From NCBI GenBank assembly GCA_000934665.2, contig KZ538890.1, positions 1 through 41,985 of the forward strand: a stretch of DNA of 41,985 nt. Direction: 5' to 3'. The position numbers and the translations under genes are program-made. Source of the DNA: Catajapyx aquilonaris. Taxonomy: Eukaryota. Below, one piece after another: positions 25,960-36,020 of this stretch (its first letter is position 1; each line of letters starts with the position of its first letter). The notes beneath the pieces are model-generated. The model was not told the DNA's origin, did no database searches, and was given only the letters and a program-made list of their open reading frames with translations.

Positions 25960-26276
25960 GGTTCCCAAGAGGTTAAACAACCACCATAATTATTATTTTT
26001 TTAACCACTGCATATGATCACATAAAATCATGTTAGACAGTGTGTTCCAAGAGTTCATGTCCTTTTAATAATTATTCACAAATCTTGTCACCAAAAGTTG
26101 TTTTTGTGCAGCTTTTTGTCTACTAGCCCAATTATACAGCAGCTGCTACATTTGACCACATTTGGGAAGAATTGGGAACTGGATCAGGGCAAAAAAACAG
26201 CCTCATACAATTAACAGTTTGGGTGAAATTTGTGATAACAAAAAGTATGACTGTGTAGCGTAATTTTTCTCTCACA

Positions 26277-27755
26277 TTACTCAGGATCATATGTAAAACA
26301 ATCATCGATAAAGAAACGCATGTCATATTGCTTCAGTTGATTGGACAATTCATGAACACAGCCAAGTGAAAAAGTTAGCTCACTACTACCTAAGTTGACC
26401 ATTTCCAAAACCTCTCCACATGAATCAAAAATGATTGGAATGACTTCCCTTTTCATGCTGTTGTCATGAACCGTGAGAGTACGCAACTCCTTTAGGTTGG
26501 CATTACAGAGAATTTCGTGAAAACAGGTACTGACAGATGTGTTAAACACATAAAGACTCTTCAATCTGCTACAGAAGGGAATGAGATACCTCACTTGTGG
26601 CACTGGAACATTGACAATTTCCAACTCTTCCAGTGCTTGAAATTCAGCATGTGGCATTTTACATGGCAGATCATGTGCCAAGTATTCCCCATCCAATAGC
26701 TTAAGAGACTTTAGATTAGGAAACATCTCCCCGATTCCTGCCAAATTTATACCAGTGCACCAATATATGGTCAGAGACTCGAGATTTGGGTATGACGCAT
26801 TCATGTTCTGTTTGAAGAGAGAATCAAGGCCAGTAACATTTTCCAACTGCAATCGCTGGAGACCAAACATGCACTTGTCCATCAGGAAGAGAAGGTTTGA
26901 AGATGTCCCGCTAATTAATGTCAAGCCCTTCAAGTGGTCCAGTTCATTAATCAAATTTACATGTTCATTGTCAACCCTATCCATGGTCAGATTCTCAAGG
27001 AGTGGAAAATGAGCTACAAGATTTTGCACAGAAGCAGCATCATTTGCATCCAGGTCTGCTATAAAGTCCTTCAACTTATAAGCACATGTGCACAGTGGAA
27101 GAACTTCCCGGATATTCGTAATCAGCAATACTTCCAGATTGGGAAGATGGTCAAGCAGGTGTACGGCTACCTCGGGAGTCATGGAATCAACGACAATTTT
27201 CTTCAGGTTCTTGTACTTTGCCAGAAGCCGCAAAATGGATGGAGGGGCATCCTTATACGAGGAATAAACTATTTCAACATCTTCCAAGAGTGGGCAATTT
27301 TCAATAACTTGCGTCAAGAGCTGTGGGTTGGTACCTAATGAAATAGTAATTGAGCGCAGGTTACTCAATTTGGGAAATTGAAAACCAACCCATTCCTTTT
27401 CTCGGGGTATCCATAAATCAACTTGAGGTTCAATTCTGATAAGATCACTCATGACGTGAAGACATCGTAAGATCTTCTGAGGCAAACAGTAAGGTTTACT
27501 TTCGCCCTTTGCACTAATAATTGTGCACTTGGGATGCAATGCACTAGTAATGTCAAAGGAATCATTCCTATCCCAACACAACCTAATGATCTCATCCACA
27601 TATTCATTTGCAAATGTATTTGGGATGTCCTGGACATACCGACGAATCTCATCTTGTTCTTTTCCATCACTCTTTTTGCATGACTTGAGTATTACCTTAA
27701 CCAAAGCACGCAGGCTTGAGGAGCGGAGACTTCGAGGCTGCTTTCTCCTTGGCAT
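26277..27755 (-). CDS. LRR-2: paralogue of LRR-1 (BC-box/Cul2-box-like + LRR), 492 aa
   Basis: MPRRKQPRSLRSSSLRALVKVI...IPNTFANEY; collinear with LRR-1 over its whole length; acceptor aacttgcag 3 nt before the ATG at 27755. Confidence 0.88.
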   Translation of the reverse strand: MPRRKQPRSLRSSSLRALVKVILKSCKKSDGKEQDEIRRYVQDIPNTFANEYVDEIIRLCWDRNDSFDITSALHPKCTIISAKGESKPYCLPQKILRCLHVMSDLIRIEPQVDLWIPREKEWVGFQFPKLSNLRSITISLGTNPQLLTQVIENCPLLEDVEIVYSSYKDAPPSILRLLAKYKNLKKIVVDSMTPEVAVHLLDHLPNLEVLLITNIREVLPLCTCAYKLKDFIADLDANDAASVQNLVAHFPLLENLTMDRVDNEHVNLINELDHLKGLTLISGTSSNLLFLMDKCMFGLQRLQLENVTGLDSLFKQNMNASYPNLESLTIYWCTGINLAGIGEMFPNLKSLKLLDGEYLAHDLPCKMPHAEFQALEELEIVNVPVPQVRYLIPFCSRLKSLYVFNTSVSTCFHEILCNANLKELRTLTVHDNSMKREVIPIIFDSCGEVLEMVNLGSSELTFSLGCVHELSNQLKQYDMRFFIDDCFTYDPE

Positions 27756-28345
27756 GACCTGCAAGTTAAATGAAATGTTTCAGTTGGCCTGTACATTTAT
27801 GAATGTAATGACAGATTGCCAAGCTGGGTAAGCTTGGACCGCCATCAACCAGATGGTACATGGATTTCACCCCAAACAATTGGTCTCATTGCTGCACATT
27901 GCTGATCAAATCGCTCACATGTAAACACGGCATTTGCATGTATGATACATATAGGCAGGCCACGTTAACTTGCCACTGACAAATATCGATGAGGCAGCAG
28001 CATATCGTACACCACATTCAGGTGGCAGTACTGTGGCGGCGCACAACAGTGCCAGCACAACCACTTCATCGCAGATAAAAAATTTCATATGTAAACGCAG
28101 CCAAAGTTTTGTGGGTTTTGACTGGATTGTACGGAACTTGAGTGAATAAAGATTTAAATCAGGACTGGTTGCTGTGCTAGACGCAGGGACTCGATTGGGC
28201 TGGGTCACCTTGCAACTCCGACAGTCTGCCAAGCGAATCCCACCTGGTCTTCCGTCGCGCAAGCTTCACAATGCCACCCTTTTCCATGCACCCAACCAGT
28301 CTCTTATCTTCCCAGTTCAGACCAGCCAACTAGTACGGTACGTAC

Positions 28346-28780
28346 CACAACGACGAGAGCAGTGGGCTCCCGATGGCGTCCGGTCGGCTTCCCGGGTTTT
28401 CCTTCCCTCCTTTGGAGATGTGCAGCTCTCGTGCCCACCAAGTCACACAGCCCAAAGTTTGTTGCTGCGGGTCACTGGGCCTGGTGGTGGGAAGGTCGGA
28501 GGTTCCTTGCCCCGTGTTTGGAGTGTGCAGGCAGACGGTGTGGAGGCCCGGCAAAGGGCCCGAAAGGAACAGAAGGAGAAGAAGAGTTGTTGTTCTTCCG
28601 AGAATGTTGGTTGTTCCATCCACGCTGCCAACCGGCTCTGGGCTCTCCTTCAGTCTAGGTTGTAGGCATATCATATAGTACTAATGCTACTTGGACATAC
28701 CGGCCACTAGGAGGACCGACTTCCCGTGCGCCATCTGTCTTTCGATGATGTATTGCCTCACCTGATTCAATTGTTGCCGC
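28346..28780 (-). promoter_or_regulatory. GC-rich promoter/leader exon upstream of LRR-2
   Basis: CpG-rich island; plus-strand GCCATCT...TTGCCTCACCTGA...TGTTGCC loosely resembles the LRR-1 promoter; candidate donor GTG|GTACGT at 28345. Confidence 0.45.
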
Positions 28781-29509
28781 GAAATGGAGTTGACCGCAAC
28801 CATGACTGCAACTATGCCTGACGTTATCGCGACTACCTACCGGTTGGGAAATATTGGTTCACCAGTGTAGAGTACATTCAAGTTTTTACTGAATACAAAA
28901 TAAATCTCTAGGTCTAGGAGAAAGAGGAGTGATATTATTTAAGAGTGGAAATGCCAAAGGCGCTAACTTGTAATTGCCAGAAAATTAGAAATTCAGATTC
29001 TGAGGGCAAAATGCTCTCTGTGTACTGCCTAGTCCCGTGCAGGTGGCTCATAGTTCCAAAAATTCAGTCGTGGTACTGTACTGAAGGTATCCCACAGATA
29101 ATGTTAGCTATATGTGCGCATGGTCATCTCATTCGAAAAAATTCAATTATGTCCCTTCAAGATTTTTGGCAATTTTTACAGCCTTTGGCATGTCCATTTT
29201 TAAATTAAATCTGTTTACTGCCAATGTAAATGTCAATCATCAGGCAGAAGTCATCATCAACAACATCATCGTCATCATTATCAACCTTCATGGACACACT
29301 AATAAGAAACACTAAAAATACATCTTTCAAATTTTTCATGTTATAAATATTTTTTCAGGTATACAATGTGTATACCTGAAAGAGGTACTATGTATACAAT
29401 ACATTCTGCCCATCGCTGCACATAAACTTGACAAAGGATTTTTTTTTTCTTCACATACAGGACGTTCCTGTTGTCATCTACCTTCTGCTGTTGAAATTTC
29501 GAAGTCAAT

Positions 29510-30042
29510 GGGTGGAATTTTTGTCCCACTGCTATATACAGGGTGGTCCAACTTTTTTTGTCCGAACAGCTATTGACAAATTCGGCCTAAGCTGCTTATG
29601 TTGTAGTGCGTTACCCGGCAACCCCGGCCGGCGGGCCAATTCAAACATCAGCACATGGAGACGAGTGCTAAGTGTTCTTTCCATTGTCATTGTCTTGTTC
29701 TTAGTAACATCATTATTTTCTCTGCTTATCCCTTGCTACTGATGTGTAAGCAGGCAGAGACCCGTCGCTGGGTCGTCCGCGTCACTCACTCGATTTGTAA
29801 ACAGTGGCAACAATGGAAGCGCTCTCCATGGGCTGATGTTTGAATTGGCCCGCCGGACAGGGTTGCCGGGTAACGCACTACAACATAAGCAGCTTAGGCC
29901 GAATTTGTCAATAGCTGTTCAGACAAAAAAGTTGGACCACCCAGTATAGTTACCGCAAACTTAGCAGTGCCATCCCTAACACTGGTACTGCTAGCTAAGT
30001 TAGCAGTAACTAGCAGTAGGTTGAAAAATTGAAAATTCACCC
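29510..30042. mobile_element. Small palindromic MITE (GGGTGGAATTT termini) interrupted by a Tc1/mariner MITE
   Basis: Same family as the copies at 32154-32260 and 39025-39137; the two halves lie at 29510-29534 and ~29947-30042. Confidence 0.7.
29539..29944. mobile_element. Tc1/mariner-type MITE with ~120-bp TIRs, TA-flanked
   Basis: TA|CAGGGTGGTCCAACTTTTTTTGTCCGAACAGCTATTGACAAATTCGGCC... with the reverse complement ending ...GTTGGACCACCCAG|TA. Confidence 0.88.
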
Positions 30043-30876
30043 CCCAAAAAAAGAAAGCACCCCAAAAATGCACTCGGTCTTCAAGCAGGCATGGCATGGC
30101 ATGTGGCCTTCCTGGCAGGACAACCTTTGCGGTTGCGGAACCCACCTCCGTACCAGGAAGACATCTCGGAAGCAGTATGCTTCTGCTCCTTGCGACCACT
30201 TGAACCGTTATTCTTGCCAGCAGCCCCTCTGGTGTGACTGGAAGAATGAACCCGGTCCAGTTGCAGCATCTCCTCATCTTGGAGAGTAGACTGCTGCTGC
30301 TTGACGGACAGCCTGGCCTGAGTGACGGCACACTGTTCGGCAGCTGGCTTCCTGACTAGCGTTGACGGTAGGGGTAGACTTGGCTCATCCCACTGCTGCT
30401 ATCATGTAATGATATTAGCCTTGGACAGGCTGGTGAGCGGCCCTCGAACAGGCCCTCTGAGTAAGACACGTCCTGCCTTTTGGAACTCTTTAAGTGTTTA
30501 CTGAATGTGGTCACTCACAACAACCTGCCAGCTGATAATAGACATATGTGCCAACTGGCCTACAATACAATGAGAGCTTAAAAAACTGCAGTAAATATTT
30601 TATTAAACTGGCATTATACAGGTATTTTTTCCCCCAGTGTGGGAGGAAGGGAAAAGGCCAGGGACGAATTCAAAAATTTTAAATGGCCTGTGTTCCAAAC
30701 TAATTTGAAGTTATTTCAATTGCATTTCAATGTATGATCAAATTTTATTCAATGAAATTTCAACATTTATTTTTACCTTGCAGATGGCTGTAAAATGACT
30801 TTAGCACACACCTCACGGCAAAATGTAATATGATATGCTTTACAATAACAATACCCTTGAGACTTGTGCCCAAATA

Positions 30877-31320
30877 CAGGGTGAAGGGGAACTCGCGGAC
30901 AATCGCCAGGTAGACTGATAGTACTCGTAAAACTAATATAGGGACATGCAATTAGTTTTGGGCACCATTGCATAGTTAACACGTACGGCACTTTCAAAGT
31001 TTCATGACATCACATCTGCTCCTCCAGTTCCAAAGAAGCATAAGTCAGCTTGAGGGCCTCCGAATAATCTGGCCTTGGTCACCTAACGCATCGTCCATGT
31101 GCAATAGATGATCAAATCCCGCCAGAGTAAGAATCTGGGTACGACACCCATGCACTTTGTCCTTTTTACCTAATATTTTAGCATCCGGCCCTCTACACTT
31201 AGTAGCCGCCGTACGCATTAACTACGCAACAGAGCCAAAAACTAATTGACCATCCCTATATTAGTTTTACGAGTACTATCAGTCTACCTGGAGATTGTCC
31301 GTGAGTTTCCCTTCACCCTG
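30877..31320. mobile_element. Tc1/mariner-type MITE with ~85-bp TIRs, 62 nt downstream of the SGT1 stop
   Basis: TA|CAGGGTGAAGGGGAACTCGCGGACAATC...GATTGTCCGTGAGTTTCCCTTCACCCTG|TA. Confidence 0.88.
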
Positions 31321-31382
31321 TATAGCCACCTGGGCATACTTCCAGCAGCGAACGCACAAGTGTCTCACAGTCACTCCCCAGC

Positions 31383-33882
31383 TTACTGCTCCCACTTCTT
31401 CCATTCCATTCCTTCGGGTGGCTTGACCTCGATCTTGTCCTTCTTCACTTCACCCCAGTTGGTGCTTAGGACGGTTCCCCCAGACTCCACAAAGCTCTTG
31501 TTCATTGCTCTCTGGACCTCCTCACTACCATCAAGGTAGATCTTCTGGAAAAGCTGATTCAAAGCAGCATCCCCATCCAGCTTCTCCTCTTCTTCCTCTT
31601 TTTTCAACTGTCTCTCCAGCTTGTTCCAGTCTTTCTTCTTGGCAGCCCCCTCCTCCAGCTTCTTTTCCACCTCCAGGTTGGGCCACATCATGGCATCAGC
31701 CTTGGCCAAGCGAAGTTCCAGCTTCACTTTCCCCACTTTGAAAGAGCTCAACTCTGGTCTGATGCGTTGGGCTAGGGACAGTTCCAGGGTGTACTCAGCT
31801 GTTGGAGCATTAACAAACACGGAGTGGGGGCGAAACTCAACCTGAAAAATGGTCGCAACAGGTTTCAAGATATGCTATTACGAGACAATGACACCAGAGT
31901 TTGCAAACAAAGTTAAGTACTAATTCGTTCAAAAAGATGATGATGATATTGCAAAATTGTTTCCATCTTTTCGAGCGATATAGCGCAACCATGAGCACAA
32001 TGATGGAGAGCAACTTGGTGAGAAGCTCTGAGTTATGTCGAAATCAGGCAATGTCCATGCTCCAATGCAAATACACTGTACTCTCAATTATTCAGGTGCA
32101 GATTATTCGTGAATCGCCAAAAAATCAAATGAAAAGGTAAATTCTGAAAAAATGGGTCGAATTTTCATCCCACTGCTAGATGCTGCTAACTTAGCAGTAC
32201 CAGTGCCAACACTGGTATTCTAAGTTAGCAGTAACTAGCAGAGAGACGAAAATTCCACCCACTGTCAATATGTCTTGCCAAAAAATATATATAGCAGACT
32301 TTTTCTAGAAGACAAATAAAAATCTATGGTAAGTTTATTATTTTTGCTTCAATCAAGCAGATTACACTTTGTTCAGTAGTACATTAAAAACCTGTTAATA
32401 TCACATTCTTACAGTGTCTAGGACCATTTCTTCATTATGTGTTTTCCGATTGCCTGGCGACACCTGTGCAGTCATTAGCCCGGATAATCGGGAGTACCGT
32501 ATATACAGCATCAGATGCCATGATCTAGAAGCATACATCTGCATGGAGATCAAACCGCACCAATTTCAACAACTTAAAATATGTGCATTTCTGAAACCTG
32601 ATGTTAATGTGAAATGGCTTATACGTAATAAAGTGCCGTAAAATGGGTACTTCCTGCAATGGCTTCTGTGCAGCAGATAGAACTTACGACCCTTCCGTTA
32701 ACAGAAGCCTACCTTACCAACTCATAGAGAATGAAAATCCCTTTCAGTCGTGCACACCACGTGCATGTTTTAACCTGATCTTCTGGTACTCCAAGTAACA
32801 GCACTTGGAACAAAAATGCAACCAAACGATGATTGAAAATTGGCACATTTCACACCCTGTAGTTTTGCAACCACCAGTCGCAGAGAATAACAAAATTGGG
32901 GACATAGATCCATGAATGGGTACAACAATAACCTCCAATATGGTCAACTTCAGAGAAGGTCATGGCAAAGGGTGGCTCCCTTTGAAGTGGAATGCCCCCA
33001 TACTTACAATGATCGCCTACAACCGCTCTACCATTCCCCAAGCTTAGTTCTCGGACCAGGTAGGCAACACTGCATAACTCGTGACGTAAGGGGCCAATTA
33101 GGTGGGGCCATCTCTCAAATGGTTCCTACAGCCCTAGGGAACATGTGTGCCCAGTGGCACCTTCTTATCACAAAGTGCAGAGTTAAAATCCTTAGGGCCT
33201 GGACTACATGAACTAATTATCTTTATCACATAAAAAATCAATCTCAATTTGTTTTGACTCGCCTTCGTAGGTAGAAACTCATGATTTTTCTAATGAGAGC
33301 GAAAAGAAAAAGCCAAACAGAAACCATATTACTTTGCAGGGGAAACTGGACATCCAACAAAAAAACTCCACATAGTGTTCATAAGCTTCACACATCAATA
33401 GATCTGTTGTACACACAATTTGAAAATCATTACTTTACATTTCAACCACGTTAGATTTAAAAGTGATTATAACAATTATAAATGAAACTCACCTTCACTT
33501 GATCAGGTGGCAGGTTCCTAGCCAATATGGTCACACACACTTCTGAAGTAGTCTGGTACCAGTCATGCCTGATCTTGGGCTTGGCTTGACCTTCGACCTC
33601 AGGAGCCAAGGCCCCAGGAGGCAGAGCTGTGGCTGCCTGCCCTCCAGCTCCTTGAGCCACAGCATTGCAAGTCCCATCAACCTGCTTTCCAGCTGTCTGA
33701 GCCGCAGCACCCAAATCACCTTCATTATGTTCTCCAGATTCCTGAGCCCCAGCAAACTTACCACCATCAACGTATGTTCCACTTGCCTGTGACTCAGCTT
33801 GCGTAGCCTCAGAATCAGGCCCTCCTGTTGCTTGAGCCCCAGCCGAGGCTTCAGGTAATTGTTCCTTCTTCTCAGTCGACAT
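31383..33882 (-). CDS. SUGT1: SGT1/SUGT1 homologue (CS + SGS domains; no TPR exons found in the window); exons 33911/33882-33493 and 31841-31383; ~282 aa if started at ATG 33882
   Basis: KIRHDWYQTTSEVCVTIL (CS start); AAG|GTGAGT donor at 33492; acceptor tttttcag|GTT at 31842; SGS domain GDAALNQLFQKIY...AMNKSFVESGGTVLSTNW...PPEGMEWKKW*. The start codon is uncertain because the exon opens at acceptor ggtttcag|GA (33911). Confidence 0.9.
32154..32260. mobile_element. Small palindromic MITE (~107 bp) in the SGT1 intron
   Basis: GGGTCGAATTTTCATCCCACTGCTAG...CTAGCAGAGAGACGAAAATTCCACCC; flanks AAT/ACT. Confidence 0.75.
33040..33206. mobile_element. Solo right end of the TAGTCCGG-terminated foldback family
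   Basis: Similar to 35690-35841, ends CTTAGGGCCTGGACTA. Confidence 0.7.
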
Positions 33883-34012
33883 TATCCACTGGTCAAACCA
33901 CCTTTCTTCTCCTGAAACCAAATCATTCAATGCTGACATTACATCTGGGCGGTCTAACAAGTATGGAACTTTACAGAAATTATGCTTATTAACCCTTTGT
34001 GGCCTACGATAG

Positions 34013-34160
34013 AATTATCGTGGCATTAGTTTGTTAAGTGTACCAGGAAAAGTGTATGCCAAGGTTTTGATGAGGATTTGTCAGGATACAACGCAACCCA
34101 AGTATAGAAGGCGGACGCCTGCCTCATTCTATGACAGAACGACATTGTTGTTGTTGTGGT
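34013..34160 (+). mobile_element. RTE/CR1-like LINE fragment (reverse transcriptase motif)
   Basis: 34013-34078 translates to NYRGISLLSVPGKVYAKVLMRI, a typical non-LTR RT motif; (TTG)n run at ~34145-34158. Confidence 0.75.
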
Positions 34161-34583
34161 ATTGTTACCATGTGGTTACTATGGTTACTAAGATTTTGAA
34201 GTGCTTGTGGTGAGTCAAGCCCCCTTGTTCTCGGATAGAACAACACGTCTGAGGCACCAAGTGAACGGGCAAAATATGTTGCTTTCTAGTCACTCTACCA
34301 TTCCTCAAAATACACGCACCTATTTCTGTTACACCCTGTATAATGATTTCTATTGAACTTGACATTTTTGGTAGAACAGCCCCCTTCAGCAGTGAGCAAC
34401 TGACCCAAAAAGTACCCTTACCACTACAGAAGTGCCTGAGATTTAGTTGTGCCGGGATGAACAGTACGTTCAACTGCTCCGTGGAAGGCCATGAGCTACA
34501 ATATTATATCTAGCCATGATCATGTCTGGGTGCGTTCTAGTGTGACTGCACCTCATCATCCCCACCGCCGGTAGCCCACTCAC

Positions 34584-35050
34584 CAGTCGACTATCTTCCC
34601 TGTCATCCACACCAGCTGGAAGGGACAAAAGGTTCGGCCACGCCAGTCGCTGGTCTCCTTTTCTCCACCTCTTCAGACGATCTCCCTGCAAACAAGAAGA
34701 GCGTTACAACAAGAAGGGAACCTGCAAATGCACGCGTCTCAGTTTGGAATGGCGTCCCGTAGGCCTCCATTTTTAAGGACGGATCTCACACCGCAACAAT
34801 GAGAGAGCAAATGCGAAGCCATTCCAGACTCTTACGAAGCTCAGATTTACCACCGTAAGTACCGCGCGAAGCAGGGCGCGAGGTTGAGTCCAGGGAAGAA
34901 GAATCCAGAGGGGACTAGGATCGTCCCTGCAGCCGCTGGGATCAGTCGCTCGACTTCTTTGTCTCGCAGCAACCAACACGTTCTCCTCCCGTTCACCTTC
35001 TGCAATCCGCCATCTTGCCAATCACGTGACGGGAAGCAGCGTTGCCAATG
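34584..35050 (-). promoter_or_regulatory. Promoter and non-coding leader exon(s) upstream of SGT1, homologous to the LRR-1 promoter
   Basis: GCCATCTTGCCAATCACGTGACGGGAA (35009-35035) matches 19333-19359 at 25/27; leader exon 34685-34584 is bounded by ttgtttgcag and |GTGAGT. Confidence 0.6.
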
Positions 35051-35224
35051 CAAGTTATTAATCACATTTAAGCCTCACTTCCAGTCTCAAACACTTGTAA
35101 TAATTAATCCTCCGCGTGATTATTAATTAGTGACACGTTTCCAAATAAACAAGGGGACGTTCTCTGCTCGTGTTATGCGCATCGGAGGAGGCGGGACATT
35201 CCAGTATTCGTTTCGGTTCATTTT

Positions 35225-35841
35225 TAGTCCGGGCCCTAAGCGCAAAAATCAGGCCTAACCTTGCATTTCGGGATAAGAAGGTGCCACTTGGCACATATGT
35301 TTCTTAGGCCTATAGGAGCAATTCCAGAGTTGCAGGCAACTGATCGGCCCCATAGGTCACGAGTTATGCGGTGTTGCCAACCTGATCAGGGAACTAAGCG
35401 TTTCAACTCGGCACTTTGTGATGAGAAGGTGCCACTTGGCAGACATGTTCCCTAGGTGTATAGGATTAGGATCCATTTGAGAGATGGCGGCACTTGATCC
35501 GCTCCTTAGGTCAGGAGTTATGCGGTGTTGCCAACCTGGTCCGGAACCTAAGCATAACCGCATAACTCGTGATCTAAGGGGCAGATCAGGTGCCACCAAC
35601 TCTCAAATGGAACCTCTAGGCCTGGGGAACATTCTTGCCAAAATCCCAAAATGCAAAGTTAAAAATGATACAAAACGCTTAGGTCCAGGACCAGGTTGGC
35701 AACACCGCATAACTCATGACCTAAGGGGTCGATCAGTTGCCTGCAACTCTGGAATTGCTCCTATAGGCCTAAGGAACATATGTGCCAAGTGGCACCTTCT
35801 TATCCCAAAATGCAAGGTTAAGACGCTTAGGGCCCGGACTA
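35225..35841. mobile_element. Foldback MITE with TAGTCCGGGCCCTAAG termini and ~150-bp internal subrepeats (Academ-like termini)
   Basis: Two direct units followed by two inverted units; terminal TAGTCCGG...CCGGACTA; TSD not exact. Confidence 0.8.
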
Positions 35842-35953
35842 TTATGCAGATGCAGTAGTGTCCTAGTGTCCCATACTGGATCATGTTTTCCTTGTGTTCA
35901 GTTGCTGTGGAAATGCCACCTAGTAAGGCCAAACAGCTAACGATCAATCAATC

Positions 35954-36018
<65 letters not shown>
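35954..36018. repeat. (TTA)n microsatellite, ~21 units
   Basis: Perfect TAT/TTA run. Confidence 0.95.

Positions 36019-36020
<2 letters not shown>

Noticed and set aside
28174..28678. Cluster of ~60-160 aa ORFs in several frames
   Set aside because: GC-rich promoter/leader island that is poor in stop codons; no protein-like signal
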